Part shown: positions 7,418 to 16,588 of the stretch, piece by piece
Layout: each line of letters starts with the position of its first letter
Numbering within the stretch: the stretch's first letter is position 1
Source of the DNA: Desulforadius tongensis
GTDB lineage: Bacteria > Bacillota > Desulfotomaculia > Desulfotomaculales > Desulfohalotomaculaceae
Reading direction: 5' to 3'
Length of the DNA stretch: 32,000 bases
Assembly (NCBI RefSeq): GCF_016907915.1
Contig: NZ_JAFBCW010000003.1
Coordinates: 83,772 to 115,771 of the forward strand
Program-made: the position numbers and the translations under genes
Notes under the pieces: generated by a model
Database searches by the model: none
The model's input: the letters and a program-made list of their open reading frames with translations, nothing else
Told to the model about the DNA's origin: nothing

Positions 7418-8524
7418 TTAAACCAGGCTGCTGTTTTTTAGAATTTCATAAATATCCTTTTCTTCCGGCTTTTTAGGGCAGTTGGCTATGTTTTTGGCCT
7501 GCAGCGTTTTAGCCACATACAAATCCTGCTCCCGGGTTGTGAGTTTGATGTCCACAGGGGACAGTACCTTTTTAAGCAGGTTTCCGAACTCCTCTAAATC
7601 CTTACAGCCCATGGATTTTACTACCTGTTCCACCCTGTCCGGGCTGCTCTGGGCCAGAAATTCCAAACTGGCCTTCATTACTACACCATTGGCCAGACCG
7701 TGGGGTAAACCCTTAAAGTAGGTCAGCGGGTAACCCAGGGCATGGATCACGCCGGTGGCAGTTTGGGCAATTACAATGCCGCCCAGCATGGAGGCATAAA
7801 GAAGCTCTTCCCGCTGGCTGAGGGTAATATCGTCTTCAGTCATGGTTTTCAACAGCCGCCCGATAATGGAAATGCTTTCCAGGGCCAGCAAATCTGAAAA
7901 CACCGTGGCCCGGTTGTTTACAAACCCCTCCACACTGTGGGAAAGGGCATCCACCGCAGTATTGATTGTGATATTCCAGGGCAGGTTCCTGGTGTAGCGG
8001 GCGTCCATAAAAGCAACGGCGGGAAAGAGTTTTTCACCGGCAATGGATTTTTTAGTTTCCGCCCAATCCACCGTCAGTATGGAATAAGGGGTTACCTCAC
8101 TGCCGGTGCCGGCTGTGGTGGGCACCGCTACAATGGGCAGCGGGTCTGCGGTCCATTTTTTGTCCATTAAATCCTGTTCGCTGATGTTATTTGTGGCCAG
8201 AACGGCCACTGCCTTGGCGGCATCCATGGGGCTGCCCCCGCCGATGCCGACGATAAATTCTGCTTCCAGCTTCCTGGCCATATTGGCAGCCCGGTATACT
8301 GTTTTTAAGCTGGGGTTTTCCTCCACTTCATCAAAAACGTTGTATTGAATACCTTCTTGAGAAAAAGCGGCTATCATATCCCTTAAGGAGCCGTTTCTTT
8401 TGGATGAAGTTCTGCCGGTTACCACCAGGGCCTTTCTGCCCAGGGCAGACAGCTGCGAACTGTATTTTTGCACGCACTGTTCATCAAAAAATATCCGGGT
8501 TGGACAGCGAAAATTAAATTGCAA
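7418..8524 (-). CDS. Iron-containing (class III) alcohol dehydrogenase
   Basis: Fe-ADH family signatures include GIGGGSPMDAAKA and downstream His-rich metal-binding motifs (ALSHSVE, GVIHALGYPL). TTG start with GGGAGG 7 nt upstream. Confidence 0.85.
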   Translation of the reverse strand: MQFNFRCPTRIFFDEQCVQKYSSQLSALGRKALVVTGRTSSKRNGSLRDMIAAFSQEGIQYNVFDEVEENPSLKTVYRAANMARKLEAEFIVGIGGGSPMDAAKAVAVLATNNISEQDLMDKKWTADPLPIVAVPTTAGTGSEVTPYSILTVDWAETKKSIAGEKLFPAVAFMDARYTRNLPWNITINTAVDALSHSVEGFVNNRATVFSDLLALESISIIGRLLKTMTEDDITLSQREELLYASMLGGIVIAQTATGVIHALGYPLTYFKGLPHGLANGVVMKASLEFLAQSSPDRVEQVVKSMGCKDLEEFGNLLKKVLSPVDIKLTTREQDLYVAKTLQAKNIANCPKKPEEKDIYEILKNSSLV

Positions 8525-8740
8525 ACTAACGACCTCCCAATAATAAATTTACATCCAGGTTTATTTTACCACATTTCCTGATTTCCTTCTGTTAATCAGA
8601 AAAGATGAATTTTGCTGGCATACCATTAAAAAGATAGTTGTTTGATGGTATTAAGAAATAATTTTTTCCTGCAGGATATTGCATAATGAAAAATGAAAAA
8701 AGAATTAGTGAAAAATGGATTGTTATGGAGGGTAATATTA

Positions 8741-9331
8741 ATGAAGGCTTCAGCGGCCATACTGGCGGGGGGCAAAAATTCCCGGATGGGTACAAACAAG
8801 GCATTTTTAGAGGTGCAGAGCTGCCGGATAATTGATCACGCTCTGCATGAACTGCGGCGGGTCAGTGAAGATATCCTTATTATCACCAACAATCCCGCTG
8901 AGTACAGTCACTTGAATGTTCGCCTGGCCCAGGATATTTATCCCGGCCGCGGTCCCCTTTCCGGCATTCACTCTGCCCTGGTTAACGCTAAAAATCATAC
9001 CCTGCTGGTGGTGGCCTGCGACATGCCTTTCATTGAGGCTGAATTAGCCCGTTATCTTATTAATGCCGCCCGTGATTATGATGTGGTTATCCCGGTGGTG
9101 GAAGGTTACTTTGAACCCCTGTTTGCGGTGTATACCAAGGCCTGCCTTCCCCCCATTGAATGGTGTTTTAGAAAAGAAAAACTGCGTGTAATTGACTTTT
9201 TTTCTGCATTGAAGGTAAAATATGTAAATGAAGATGAAATTAGCCGGGTGGCAGATGTTGAGCGGGTGTTTTACAACGTCAACACCCCCAAAGAACTGGC
9301 CGCGGCTAAAAAACTAATGCACAATGATTAG
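8741..9331 (+). CDS. mobA: Molybdenum cofactor guanylyltransferase
   Basis: N-terminal ILAGGKNSRMGTNKAFL nucleotide-binding motif and a later DMPF motif. I prefer the ATG at 8741 (GGAGGG 8 nt upstream) over the ORF-track start at 8693. Confidence 0.8.
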   Translation: MKASAAILAGGKNSRMGTNKAFLEVQSCRIIDHALHELRRVSEDILIITNNPAEYSHLNVRLAQDIYPGRGPLSGIHSALVNAKNHTLLVVACDMPFIEAELARYLINAARDYDVVIPVVEGYFEPLFAVYTKACLPPIEWCFRKEKLRVIDFFSALKVKYVNEDEISRVADVERVFYNVNTPKELAAAKKLMHND

Positions 9332-9343
9332 GAGGCAGTAATC

Positions 9344-9844
9344 TTGCGTTTTTTGCACCCGGACATGTATGTTGGCAGTATAAAGAATATAGATATCCAA
9401 AAGTTAAAAAAAGCAGGTATTAAAGCCCTTATCTTTGACCTGGATAACACGCTGGTTCCCTGGAACAGCAGCGAGCTGACAGAAGAAACTTTGGCCTGGT
9501 TTAAAGAACTGCATAAAGAAGGTTTTAAAACCTGTATTGTCAGCAACAACAACCGGCAGCGGGTGACAAAACTATGTAACCTGCTGGAAATACCGGGCAT
9601 TCACAAGGCTTCCAAACCCCGCCGCAAAGCCTTTCGCCGGGCTTTGCGCATGCTGCAGGTAAAGCCGGAAGAAACAGCAATGGTGGGTGACCAGGTATTT
9701 ACCGATGTGTTGGGGGCTAAAAGGCTGGGGCTGTACACCATTCTGGTGGTACCCATCAGTAAGCGTGAATTTATCGGTACCCGTATAAACCGTCAACTGG
9801 AGAAACTGGTGCTGCGGCGCATTAAGCACCGGTTAATACAATAG
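9344..9844 (+). CDS. yqeG: YqeG-family HAD-IIIA phosphatase
   Basis: HAD motif I (DLDNTLVPW), plus SNN and GDQVFTD motifs. TTG start with AGGAGG upstream. It sits next to shikimate dehydrogenase, as the yqeG operon does in Bacillus. Confidence 0.75.
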   Translation: MRFLHPDMYVGSIKNIDIQKLKKAGIKALIFDLDNTLVPWNSSELTEETLAWFKELHKEGFKTCIVSNNNRQRVTKLCNLLEIPGIHKASKPRRKAFRRALRMLQVKPEETAMVGDQVFTDVLGAKRLGLYTILVVPISKREFIGTRINRQLEKLVLRRIKHRLIQ

Positions 9845-9846
9845 AG

Positions 9847-10728
9847 GTGAAGCAATTGCAAATTGATGGCAGAACAACTCTTTGCGGTCTTTTCGGTTAT
9901 CCGGTGGAACACTCCTTTTCACCGGCTATGCACAATGCCGCGTTCCGGGCTTTAAATTTAAACTGGGCCTATGTACCGTTTAGAGTGGAACCCGGGCACC
10001 TGCCCCGGGCGGTGGAAGCGGTGCGCTGCCTTAACCTGGCCGGGGTAAACGTGACCGTTCCTCATAAAGAGGCGGTGCTGCCTTACCTGGATGAATTAAC
10101 CCCCGCTGCCAAAACCATTGGGGCAGTAAATGTAATATTGAATAATAATGGGAAATTAACCGGTTACAACACCGACGGCCGGGGTTTTACCAGGGCGCTG
10201 CGGGAAGAAGCCGGCTTTATTCCTAAAGCTAAGAAAGCGGTCATATTGGGAGCCGGCGGTGCGGCCAAAGCGGTGGCGGTGCAGTTGGCTTTGGAAGGAG
10301 CAGCAGAAATTGTAATCATCAACCGTACCGTTAACCGGGGGGAAGGTTTGGCCCAAACCCTGGCCCAAATGGGTGCTGTCAGCCGGGTACTGACCTGGGA
10401 GCAGCGGGATCAAGCTGCTGATGCTGCTGCCGCGGCGGATCTGGTGGTGCAGGCCACCAATGTGGGCATGTACCCCGAAACAAACCAGTGCCTTCCCATA
10501 CCGGAGGAAGTTTTTAATTCCCACCAGGTGGTTTGCGATTTGATATATAATCCCGTGGAAACTAAATTTCTAAAACTGGCCGGTGCCAGGGGGGTTACCG
10601 TGGTCAGCGGTTTGGGCATGCTGCTTTACCAAGGGGTGCTGGCCTTTGAACTGTGGACCAAAACCGCTGCCCCGGTGGAAGTTATGAAGCGGGCTTTAAA
10701 TAATCAGTTAGGAGGTAGAAAAGGGTGA
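9847..10728 (+). CDS. aroE: Shikimate 5-dehydrogenase
   Basis: Carries [22 protein letters not shown] and a GAGGAA Rossmann motif. GTG start. Confidence 0.9.
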   Translation: MKQLQIDGRTTLCGLFGYPVEHSFSPAMHNAAFRALNLNWAYVPFRVEPGHLPRAVEAVRCLNLAGVNVTVPHKEAVLPYLDELTPAAKTIGAVNVILNNNGKLTGYNTDGRGFTRALREEAGFIPKAKKAVILGAGGAAKAVAVQLALEGAAEIVIINRTVNRGEGLAQTLAQMGAVSRVLTWEQRDQAADAAAAADLVVQATNVGMYPETNQCLPIPEEVFNSHQVVCDLIYNPVETKFLKLAGARGVTVVSGLGMLLYQGVLAFELWTKTAAPVEVMKRALNNQLGGRKG

Positions 10729-11882
10729 GATTTTTAACTGCCGGTGAATCCCACGGCCCCGCCCTGACAGCTATTGTGGAGGGGCTGCCGGCAGGATTGC
10801 CGTTAACCGAGGAATATGTAAACCAGCATTTGGCCAGGCGCCAGGGAGGGTACGGCCGGGGGGGCAGAATGAAAATAGAAAAGGACAGGGTGCGGTTTCT
10901 CTCCGGTGTGCGGGGGGGATTAACCCTGGGCAGCCCGGTGACCATGCTGATAGAAAACAAGGATTATGCCAATTGGTCTGACATTATGTCCCCCGCTCCC
11001 GGAGCGGATGTATCAAAGCGAGTGGTTACCCGCCCCCGCCCCGGTCATGCCGACTTAACCGGGGCTATAAAGTACCGGCACCGTGATATCAGAAACGTGC
11101 TGGAGCGGGCCAGTGCCCGGGAAACCGCTGCCCGGGTGGCGGTGGGCAGTGCTGCCCGGCTTTTATTAGAAGAGCTGGGTATAAAAATAATTGGTTTTGT
11201 AAAACAAATCGGTTCTGTGGCCGTAGAAGAAAAAGAATACAGCTTTACAGAGTTACGGGACAGTTTAAGCCGTTCCCAGCTGCTGTGTCCTGACCCCGGG
11301 GCCGAAAGAAGAATGATTGAAGAAATTGATCGCTGCAGGCAGCAGGGGGATTCACTGGGCGGTATTTTTGAAATTCATGCCTATAACCTTCCGGTGGGGC
11401 TGGGCAGTTATGTTCACTATGATCGCAAATTGGACGGCCGGTTGGCCGGGGCGTTGATGAGTATTCAGGCTATTAAAGGTGTGGAGATCGGGGCCGGCTT
11501 CCGTGCGGCAGCGATGCCCGGCAGTGAAGTGCATGATGAAATATTTTATCATCCCCATGAAGGCTTTTACCGCCAAACTAACGGGGCCGGCGGCATCGAG
11601 GGGGGCATGACCAACGGCCGGGCGGTGGTGGTGCGGGCAGCCATGAAACCAATTCCCACATTATATAAACCGCTGAGAAGTGTTGATCTGCATACCAAGG
11701 AACCCTTTGAGGCTTCGGTGGAGCGGTCAGATGTTTGTGCCGTGCCGGCAGCTGCCGTGGTGGGTGAAGCGGTGGTGGCCTGGGAACTGGCGGCGGCGGT
11801 GTTGGAAAAATTTCCTGGCGACAATTTGCAGGAACTGGTCAATGCGGTACAGCAGCATCGCCAGTATGTAAGGCAGGTGTAG
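10725..11882 (+). CDS. aroC: Chorismate synthase
   Basis: N-terminal [11 protein letters not shown], then GRSSARETA-like [12 protein letters not shown], and GGxSNG-like [10 protein letters not shown]. Overlaps aroE by 4 nt. Confidence 0.95.
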   Translation: MRFLTAGESHGPALTAIVEGLPAGLPLTEEYVNQHLARRQGGYGRGGRMKIEKDRVRFLSGVRGGLTLGSPVTMLIENKDYANWSDIMSPAPGADVSKRVVTRPRPGHADLTGAIKYRHRDIRNVLERASARETAARVAVGSAARLLLEELGIKIIGFVKQIGSVAVEEKEYSFTELRDSLSRSQLLCPDPGAERRMIEEIDRCRQQGDSLGGIFEIHAYNLPVGLGSYVHYDRKLDGRLAGALMSIQAIKGVEIGAGFRAAAMPGSEVHDEIFYHPHEGFYRQTNGAGGIEGGMTNGRAVVVRAAMKPIPTLYKPLRSVDLHTKEPFEASVERSDVCAVPAAAVVGEAVVAWELAAAVLEKFPGDNLQELVNAVQQHRQYVRQV

Positions 11883-11884
11883 CC

Positions 11885-12403
11885 ATGGACAATATTGTTT
11901 TAATTGGTTTTATGGGCTGCGGCAAAAGTGTGGTGGGCCGGAAACTGGCTTCCCGGTTGGGCTTAAAACACGTGGATACCGATACCGAGATTGAGCGTTT
12001 AACCGGTAAAACAGTGGCTCAAATATTTGCCAAAGACGGTTCCATCCGCTTTAGATCGGAAGAAACACTGCTTTTAAAAAGGCTGGCAGGAAAAAAAAAT
12101 ATGGTTATTTCCACCGGGGGAGGCATGGTGCTGAACCGGGAAAATGTAGAACTTTTAAAGGCCGATGGTATTTTGATTCACCTATACGCATCACCGGAGG
12201 TAATTTACAACCGGGTTAAAGGCAGGCGCCACCGCCCGTTGTTAAACAGGGGGGATCTGAAACAGCGCATCATTGAACTGTTAAAGGAGCGGGCCGGTGC
12301 CTACGACGTGGCCGAACTGGCCGTGGATACGGGGAAGTATGCTGTGGATGAAGCGGTGAATCAAATAATTAAGTATTTAAAGGAAAGGAAGTATATTGGT
12401 TGA
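11885..12403 (+). CDS. aroK: Shikimate kinase
   Basis: Walker A GFMGCGKS, a DTD motif and STGGG, in about 170 aa. Confidence 0.9.
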   Translation: MDNIVLIGFMGCGKSVVGRKLASRLGLKHVDTDTEIERLTGKTVAQIFAKDGSIRFRSEETLLLKRLAGKKNMVISTGGGMVLNRENVELLKADGILIHLYASPEVIYNRVKGRRHRPLLNRGDLKQRIIELLKERAGAYDVAELAVDTGKYAVDEAVNQIIKYLKERKYIG

Positions 12404-13482
12404 AAACCGTTCTGCCGGTAAATTTGAGCGGCAAAAGCTATCACATCATAATTGGAGCTGATCTGCTGCCGCAAATTGGTGCATTTTTACAACCGTTAAA
12501 ATTAGGAAGCAAGGTACTGCTGGCCACCAATCCCACAGTGATGAGCCTGTACGGTAAAACGGTACAGCGATCCCTCCAGCAGGCCGGGTTTAAAGTTACA
12601 GTGGCGGAAGTGCCGGAGGGTGAAGAGGCTAAATCTTTGGAACAGGCCGGGGTCCTGTATGATGTTATGTTTAACGCCGGGCTGGATCGTAAAAGCCCGG
12701 TCATTGCCCTGGGCGGTGGGGTAGTGGGGGATTTAGCCGGGTTTGCAGCCGCCACTTACATGCGCGGCGTACCCTTTATACAGGTTCCCACCACTTTACT
12801 GGCCCAGGTGGACAGCAGTGTAGGGGGCAAGGTGGCGGTAAACCACCCCCGGGGAAAAAACATTATCGGGGCATTTTATCAACCCCAGCTTGTGCTTACC
12901 GATACCAAAACATTAAGCACCCTGGATAAAAGGGATGTGCTGTCGGGGCTGGCAGAAGTAATTAAAGCAGCGGTGATCAGGGATGAGCGCTTTTTTAACT
13001 GGTTGGAGGAAAATATTGACCGGGTGCTGGCTTTAGAGGAAGCGGCTCTAAATCGTATTATAGAAACCTCCTGTCAAATTAAAGCCCGGGTGGTGGAAGA
13101 AGATGAAACCGAACAGGGAGTACGGGCAGTATTAAACTACGGCCACACGGTGGGCCATGGTGTAGAAACTTTATCCGGCTACGGTACCTACCGGCACGGT
13201 GAGGCGGTGGCCATGGGCATGGTGGCCGAAGCCAGGATAGCAAAAGAGTTGGGGTTAATTAACCGGGATGTGGTACAAAGAATAGAAACTTTAATTGCCA
13301 GAACCGGCCTTCCCACCCAATTACCGGGCGATTTATCCCCGGCGGAGTTAATGGCCTCCATGTACAAAGATAAAAAAGTGTTAGATGACACGCTGACCTT
13401 TGCTTTAATTTCAAACATCGGTGAGGCGGTAATTAAAAAAGACGTTCCGGAAGAAGTTATTTTGGCGGCTGTAGAATGTTAA
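12400..13482 (+). CDS. aroB: 3-dehydroquinate synthase
   Basis: Carries GGGVVGDLAGFAAATYMRG, PTTLLAQVDSSVGGK and HGEAVA metal-site motifs. TTG start overlapping the aroK stop. Confidence 0.95.
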   Translation: MKTVLPVNLSGKSYHIIIGADLLPQIGAFLQPLKLGSKVLLATNPTVMSLYGKTVQRSLQQAGFKVTVAEVPEGEEAKSLEQAGVLYDVMFNAGLDRKSPVIALGGGVVGDLAGFAAATYMRGVPFIQVPTTLLAQVDSSVGGKVAVNHPRGKNIIGAFYQPQLVLTDTKTLSTLDKRDVLSGLAEVIKAAVIRDERFFNWLEENIDRVLALEEAALNRIIETSCQIKARVVEEDETEQGVRAVLNYGHTVGHGVETLSGYGTYRHGEAVAMGMVAEARIAKELGLINRDVVQRIETLIARTGLPTQLPGDLSPAELMASMYKDKKVLDDTLTFALISNIGEAVIKKDVPEEVILAAVEC

Positions 13483-13552
13483 TATTTGGCGTTCCATTAT
13501 TTTAAAAGATGGTTATTTGATACAATTTTTGATACAAATAACAATAAAAATC

Positions 13553-13581
13553 TTGCCTAAAATATGGTTAATATGTATAAT
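13553..13581 (+). promoter_or_regulatory. Candidate sigma-A promoter for the pilus operon leader
   Basis: TTGCCT (13553-13558), a 17-nt spacer, then TATAAT (13576-13581) in an AT-rich intergenic region. It would give a leader of about 200 nt containing the riboswitch. Confidence 0.4.
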
Positions 13582-13645
13582 ATGGCTTGAGTAAGCGTAT
13601 ATTATTATAATACTGCTAATACTGCGTACTGAACTAAATAGCTTA

Positions 13646-13723
13646 AAAGGCAAACTTACCGAAAGGTAAGGACGCAAAGCCGCGGGCCTAAGGGTGGTAT
13701 CACCTATGGCAGCCGGTTGCCTT
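13646..13723 (+). promoter_or_regulatory. c-di-GMP-I (GEMM-I) riboswitch aptamer
   Basis: The sequence reads GGCAAAC, CTTACC-GAAA-GGTAAG, GACGCAAAGCC, GCGGG, CCTAAG, GGTGgtatCACC, TATGG, CAGCCGG, TTGCC. This matches the conserved core of the Vc2-type aptamer. It includes the GAAA tetraloop hairpin, the CCUAAG/UAUGG tetraloop receptor and a closing GGCAA/TTGCC P1 helix. Confidence 0.8.
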
Positions 13724-13729
13724 AGGAAT

Positions 13730-13773
13730 AAATCCAAAACCTAAGTATAATTTTAGCGTTTTGGATTTTTTTT
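13730..13773 (+). terminator. Intrinsic terminator forming the riboswitch expression platform
   Basis: AAATCCAAAAC (13730-13740) pairs with GTTTTGGATTT (13758-13768), with an extra CTAA/TTAG extension. Eight consecutive T lie at 13766-13773, and the pilB ATG is 17 nt downstream. Confidence 0.8.
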
Positions 13774-13790
13774 TCGCGGGAGTAGGGTAA

Positions 13791-15503
13791 ATGAATATGA
13801 AAATTAATTACAAAAAAAATTTTCTCGGTACCTGGTTAGTTAAAGAAGGTGTGGTTACCGAAGCCCAGCTGGAAGAAGCATTAAATAACCAGGCAGTGAA
13901 TAAAAACAACAGAGGATTGCTGGGCAAAACTCTGGTACAAATGGGCTACTGCTCTGAAGAAGATATTGCCAGGGTGATAGCAAAACGGGCCGGGGTTCCC
14001 TTTGTGTCGCTGGAAAACTATCCGGTGGACACCGCTGCCATGGCTCTCCTTTCACCGGAGATTATTAAACGATATAAGGCGCTGCCCATTGCCTTTAGTG
14101 ATGACGGCAGGCTGATTGTGGCCATGCAGCAGCCCACCGATATTATGGCCATTGATGATCTGCGTATTCTTACCGGATATGATATAACGGCGGTTTTTGC
14201 CACTGACAGTGAATTGGAGGCGGCCATAGAAAAATACAGCCTGGGCAAATTAGATTTTGAACAGGCCGGTGATGAACCGGCTGCGGAAGATGAACCTGCT
14301 CCGGAAAATGATATTTTTCCCGGCCGGCAGGAGTCAGAAGAAAGCCCGGCGGTGCAGCTGGCCAACATGATTATCTCCCAGGCGGTGGCCGCCCGGGCCA
14401 GTGACGTGCATATTGAGCCCTATGAAAATTACTGCCGGGTGCGCTTTAGAATTGACGGTGTGCTGCACGACATGATGCAGCCCCCGCGGCGCATGCATGC
14501 CCCGCTGGTTTCGCGGATAAAAGTGATGGCCAACATGGACATAGCAGATCGGAGAATTCCCCAGGACGGCCGGACAACACTGAAAATGGAAGGAAGAACC
14601 ATTGATATCCGGGTGGCGTCACTGCCCACAAGTTACGGTGAGCGATTAACGCTGCGTCTGCTGGATCGTGCCAATAAGATAATTACCCTGGAGGAACTGG
14701 GCGTTGCCCCCCAGGTGCTGGATAAATACCGCCAGGCGATCAATCTTCCCTACGGTTTTATACTGGTTACCGGTCCCACAGGCAGCGGGAAAAGCACCAC
14801 TTTATATGCCAGTCTGTCTGCTTTAGATAAGACGGAAAAAAATATTATCACTGTGGAAGATCCGGTGGAATACCGGATTGATGAAATAAACCAGGTTCAA
14901 ATTAACCCCAAGGCAGGGCTTACCTTTGCCTCCGGACTGCGTTCAATACTGCGCAACGACCCGGACATCATCATGGTGGGGGAAATTAGGGACCGGGAAA
15001 CGGCAAAGATAGCCGTTGAATCGGCTATGACCGGCCACCTGGTTTTTTCCACCCTGCATACCAATGATGCCGCAGGAACAATTACCCGACTGACAGAAAT
15101 GGGAATTGAACCTTTTCTAACGGCTTCGTCACTGGTTTGTGTGCTGGCCCAGCGGTTGGCCCGGGTTCTCTGCCCCAACTGCAAGAAACCTTATGAATTA
15201 ACCAGGGACCAGCTGCAGAACATACCGGATTTTCCTTTAAGCAGCGGGAAAGAGCCGGTGAAGATTTACCGCCCGGGCGGCTGTATGCGCTGCAGCTACA
15301 CCGGGTATCGCGGGCGCACCGGTATTTATGAATTGCTAATGGTAACGGAAAATATACAGCGTCTGATTTTAGAGCGCAAATCGTCTAAAGAAATTAAAAA
15401 AGCTGCTGTGGCCGAGGGAATGGTTACGCTGCGCCAGGACGGTTTAGAAAAGGTAAAGCAGGGCATTACTTCGCTGGAAGAAGTGATGAGGGTGGTATTG
15501 TGA
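13791..15503 (+). CDS. pilB: Type IV pilus assembly ATPase PilB (GspE family)
   Basis: Has a T2SSE N-terminal domain, Walker A GPTGSGKST, Asp/His boxes, and the tetracysteine Zn motif CPNC...CMRC typical of extension ATPases. Confidence 0.9.
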   Translation: MNMKINYKKNFLGTWLVKEGVVTEAQLEEALNNQAVNKNNRGLLGKTLVQMGYCSEEDIARVIAKRAGVPFVSLENYPVDTAAMALLSPEIIKRYKALPIAFSDDGRLIVAMQQPTDIMAIDDLRILTGYDITAVFATDSELEAAIEKYSLGKLDFEQAGDEPAAEDEPAPENDIFPGRQESEESPAVQLANMIISQAVAARASDVHIEPYENYCRVRFRIDGVLHDMMQPPRRMHAPLVSRIKVMANMDIADRRIPQDGRTTLKMEGRTIDIRVASLPTSYGERLTLRLLDRANKIITLEELGVAPQVLDKYRQAINLPYGFILVTGPTGSGKSTTLYASLSALDKTEKNIITVEDPVEYRIDEINQVQINPKAGLTFASGLRSILRNDPDIIMVGEIRDRETAKIAVESAMTGHLVFSTLHTNDAAGTITRLTEMGIEPFLTASSLVCVLAQRLARVLCPNCKKPYELTRDQLQNIPDFPLSSGKEPVKIYRPGGCMRCSYTGYRGRTGIYELLMVTENIQRLILERKSSKEIKKAAVAEGMVTLRQDGLEKVKQGITSLEEVMRVVL

Positions 15504-16582
15504 TGGGACAAAGAGTGCCTGATTTAAACGAAATTCTTATTCGAACCGTTAAAATGGATGGCTCTGACCTGCACCTGACCACCGGTTTACCCCCGGTGGT
15601 GCGGGTTTATGGTGAGCTGGTGCCAATGGATTTGCCCCGTTTAACCCCCCAGGACATAGAGGATTTAATCTATCCTGTACTCCAGCCCCACCAGCGGGAG
15701 CAGCTGGAAAAGGAACTGGAGCTGGACTTCTCATACTCCATTTCCGGTGTCAGCCGTTTTAGGGGCAATATTATGTGGCAGAGAGGTACACTGGCTGTAA
15801 ACTTCCGAACGGTGGCCATGAGCATTCCCAAACTGGCCGACCTGGGCCTGCCCAGGGCGGTGGGAAAGCTGAGTAATTTACCCCGGGGATTGGTGCTGGT
15901 CACCGGTCCCACCGGCAGCGGTAAGTCCACCACTTTGGCGGCCCTTATTGAACAAATTAACGAGCAGCGCAGATTGAATATAGTAACCATAGAAAATCCC
16001 ATAGAGTACCTGCACCGGCATAAAAAATCGATCATCAAACAGCGGGAAGTGGGTACCGATACCCATTCATTTGCCAATGCCCTGCGGCACGTGCTGCGCC
16101 ATGACCCGGATGTAATACTGATCGGGGAAATGAGGGATATAGAAAGCATTAGTATCGCCCTTACCGCTGCGGAAACCGGACACCTTGTCTTTTCTACCTT
16201 ACATACCCAAACCGCTTCCCTGGCGGTGCACAGAATAATAGACGTGTTTCCGGAGGGAATGCGGGACCAAATTCGCCAGCAGCTTGCTGATTCGCTGCAG
16301 GCTGTCATTGCCCAGCAGTTAATTCCCAGGGCTGACGGCAGGGGCAGGACTGCTGCCGTTGAGCTGCTGCTCAGCACCCCTGCTGTAAGAAATATCATCC
16401 GGGAAGGTAAGGAACACCAGTTGTACACAGTAATGCAGACCGGGCGCAATGTGGGCATGCAGACGCTGGATCAAGCCCTGGCCGAACTGTGTTTAAAAGG
16501 ATTGATTACCAAGGAAATGGCCCTAATGCGCTGTGTTGACCAGGCCGAATTGGAGCGCTCGCTGCGCAGATGTCAATTTTAA
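15500..16582 (+). CDS. pilT: Type IV pilus retraction ATPase PilT
   Basis: About 360 aa with Walker A GPTGSGKST and the PilT signature AVRNIIREGKEHQ. No N-terminal extension or Zn motif. Its start (GTG 15500 or ATG 15503) overlaps the pilB stop. Confidence 0.9.
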   Translation: MMGQRVPDLNEILIRTVKMDGSDLHLTTGLPPVVRVYGELVPMDLPRLTPQDIEDLIYPVLQPHQREQLEKELELDFSYSISGVSRFRGNIMWQRGTLAVNFRTVAMSIPKLADLGLPRAVGKLSNLPRGLVLVTGPTGSGKSTTLAALIEQINEQRRLNIVTIENPIEYLHRHKKSIIKQREVGTDTHSFANALRHVLRHDPDVILIGEMRDIESISIALTAAETGHLVFSTLHTQTASLAVHRIIDVFPEGMRDQIRQQLADSLQAVIAQQLIPRADGRGRTAAVELLLSTPAVRNIIREGKEHQLYTVMQTGRNVGMQTLDQALAELCLKGLITKEMALMRCVDQAELERSLRRCQF

Positions 16583-16588
16583 CCGGAA

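Noticed and set aside
7412-7439. A hairpin (AACAGC/GCTGTT) plus a T6 run on the plus strand that looks like a terminator.
   Set aside because: It lies across the stop codon and last codons of the minus-strand ADH gene, and no plus-strand gene reads into it. On the minus strand it has only a 3-T tract. At best it is a weak ADH terminator.
8693-8740. A 16-codon N-terminal extension of mobA, as given by the ORF track.
   Set aside because: The ATG at 8741 has a well-spaced GGAGGG RBS and starts right at the conserved ILAGG nucleotide-binding motif. The extension has no RBS and lies in AT-rich promoter-like sequence.
13608-13625. A direct repeat TAATACTGC twice, just upstream of the riboswitch aptamer.
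   Set aside because: The repeat is only 9 bp in an AT-rich leader. It could be part of leader structure or a chance duplication, and I could attach no partner motif or protein to it.
13513-13737. A 74-aa minus-strand ORF in the aroB-pilB intergenic region.
   Set aside because: It overlaps the promoter, leader and c-di-GMP-I aptamer on the opposite strand. The sequence is AT-rich and the peptide low-complexity. The RNA element explains the conservation-like structure better.
15670-16458. A 262-aa antisense ORF inside pilT. Many similar 60-120-aa antisense or out-of-frame ORFs occur in the track, for example 862-1044, 1457-1696, 10156-10524, 12441-12755, 14018-14368 and 28669-29022.
   Set aside because: Each lies wholly within a strongly supported gene with clear family motifs. 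Their translations are low-complexity (Ser/Pro/Ala/Arg/Cys-rich), lack an RBS and have no recognisable motifs. They are typical shadow ORFs.
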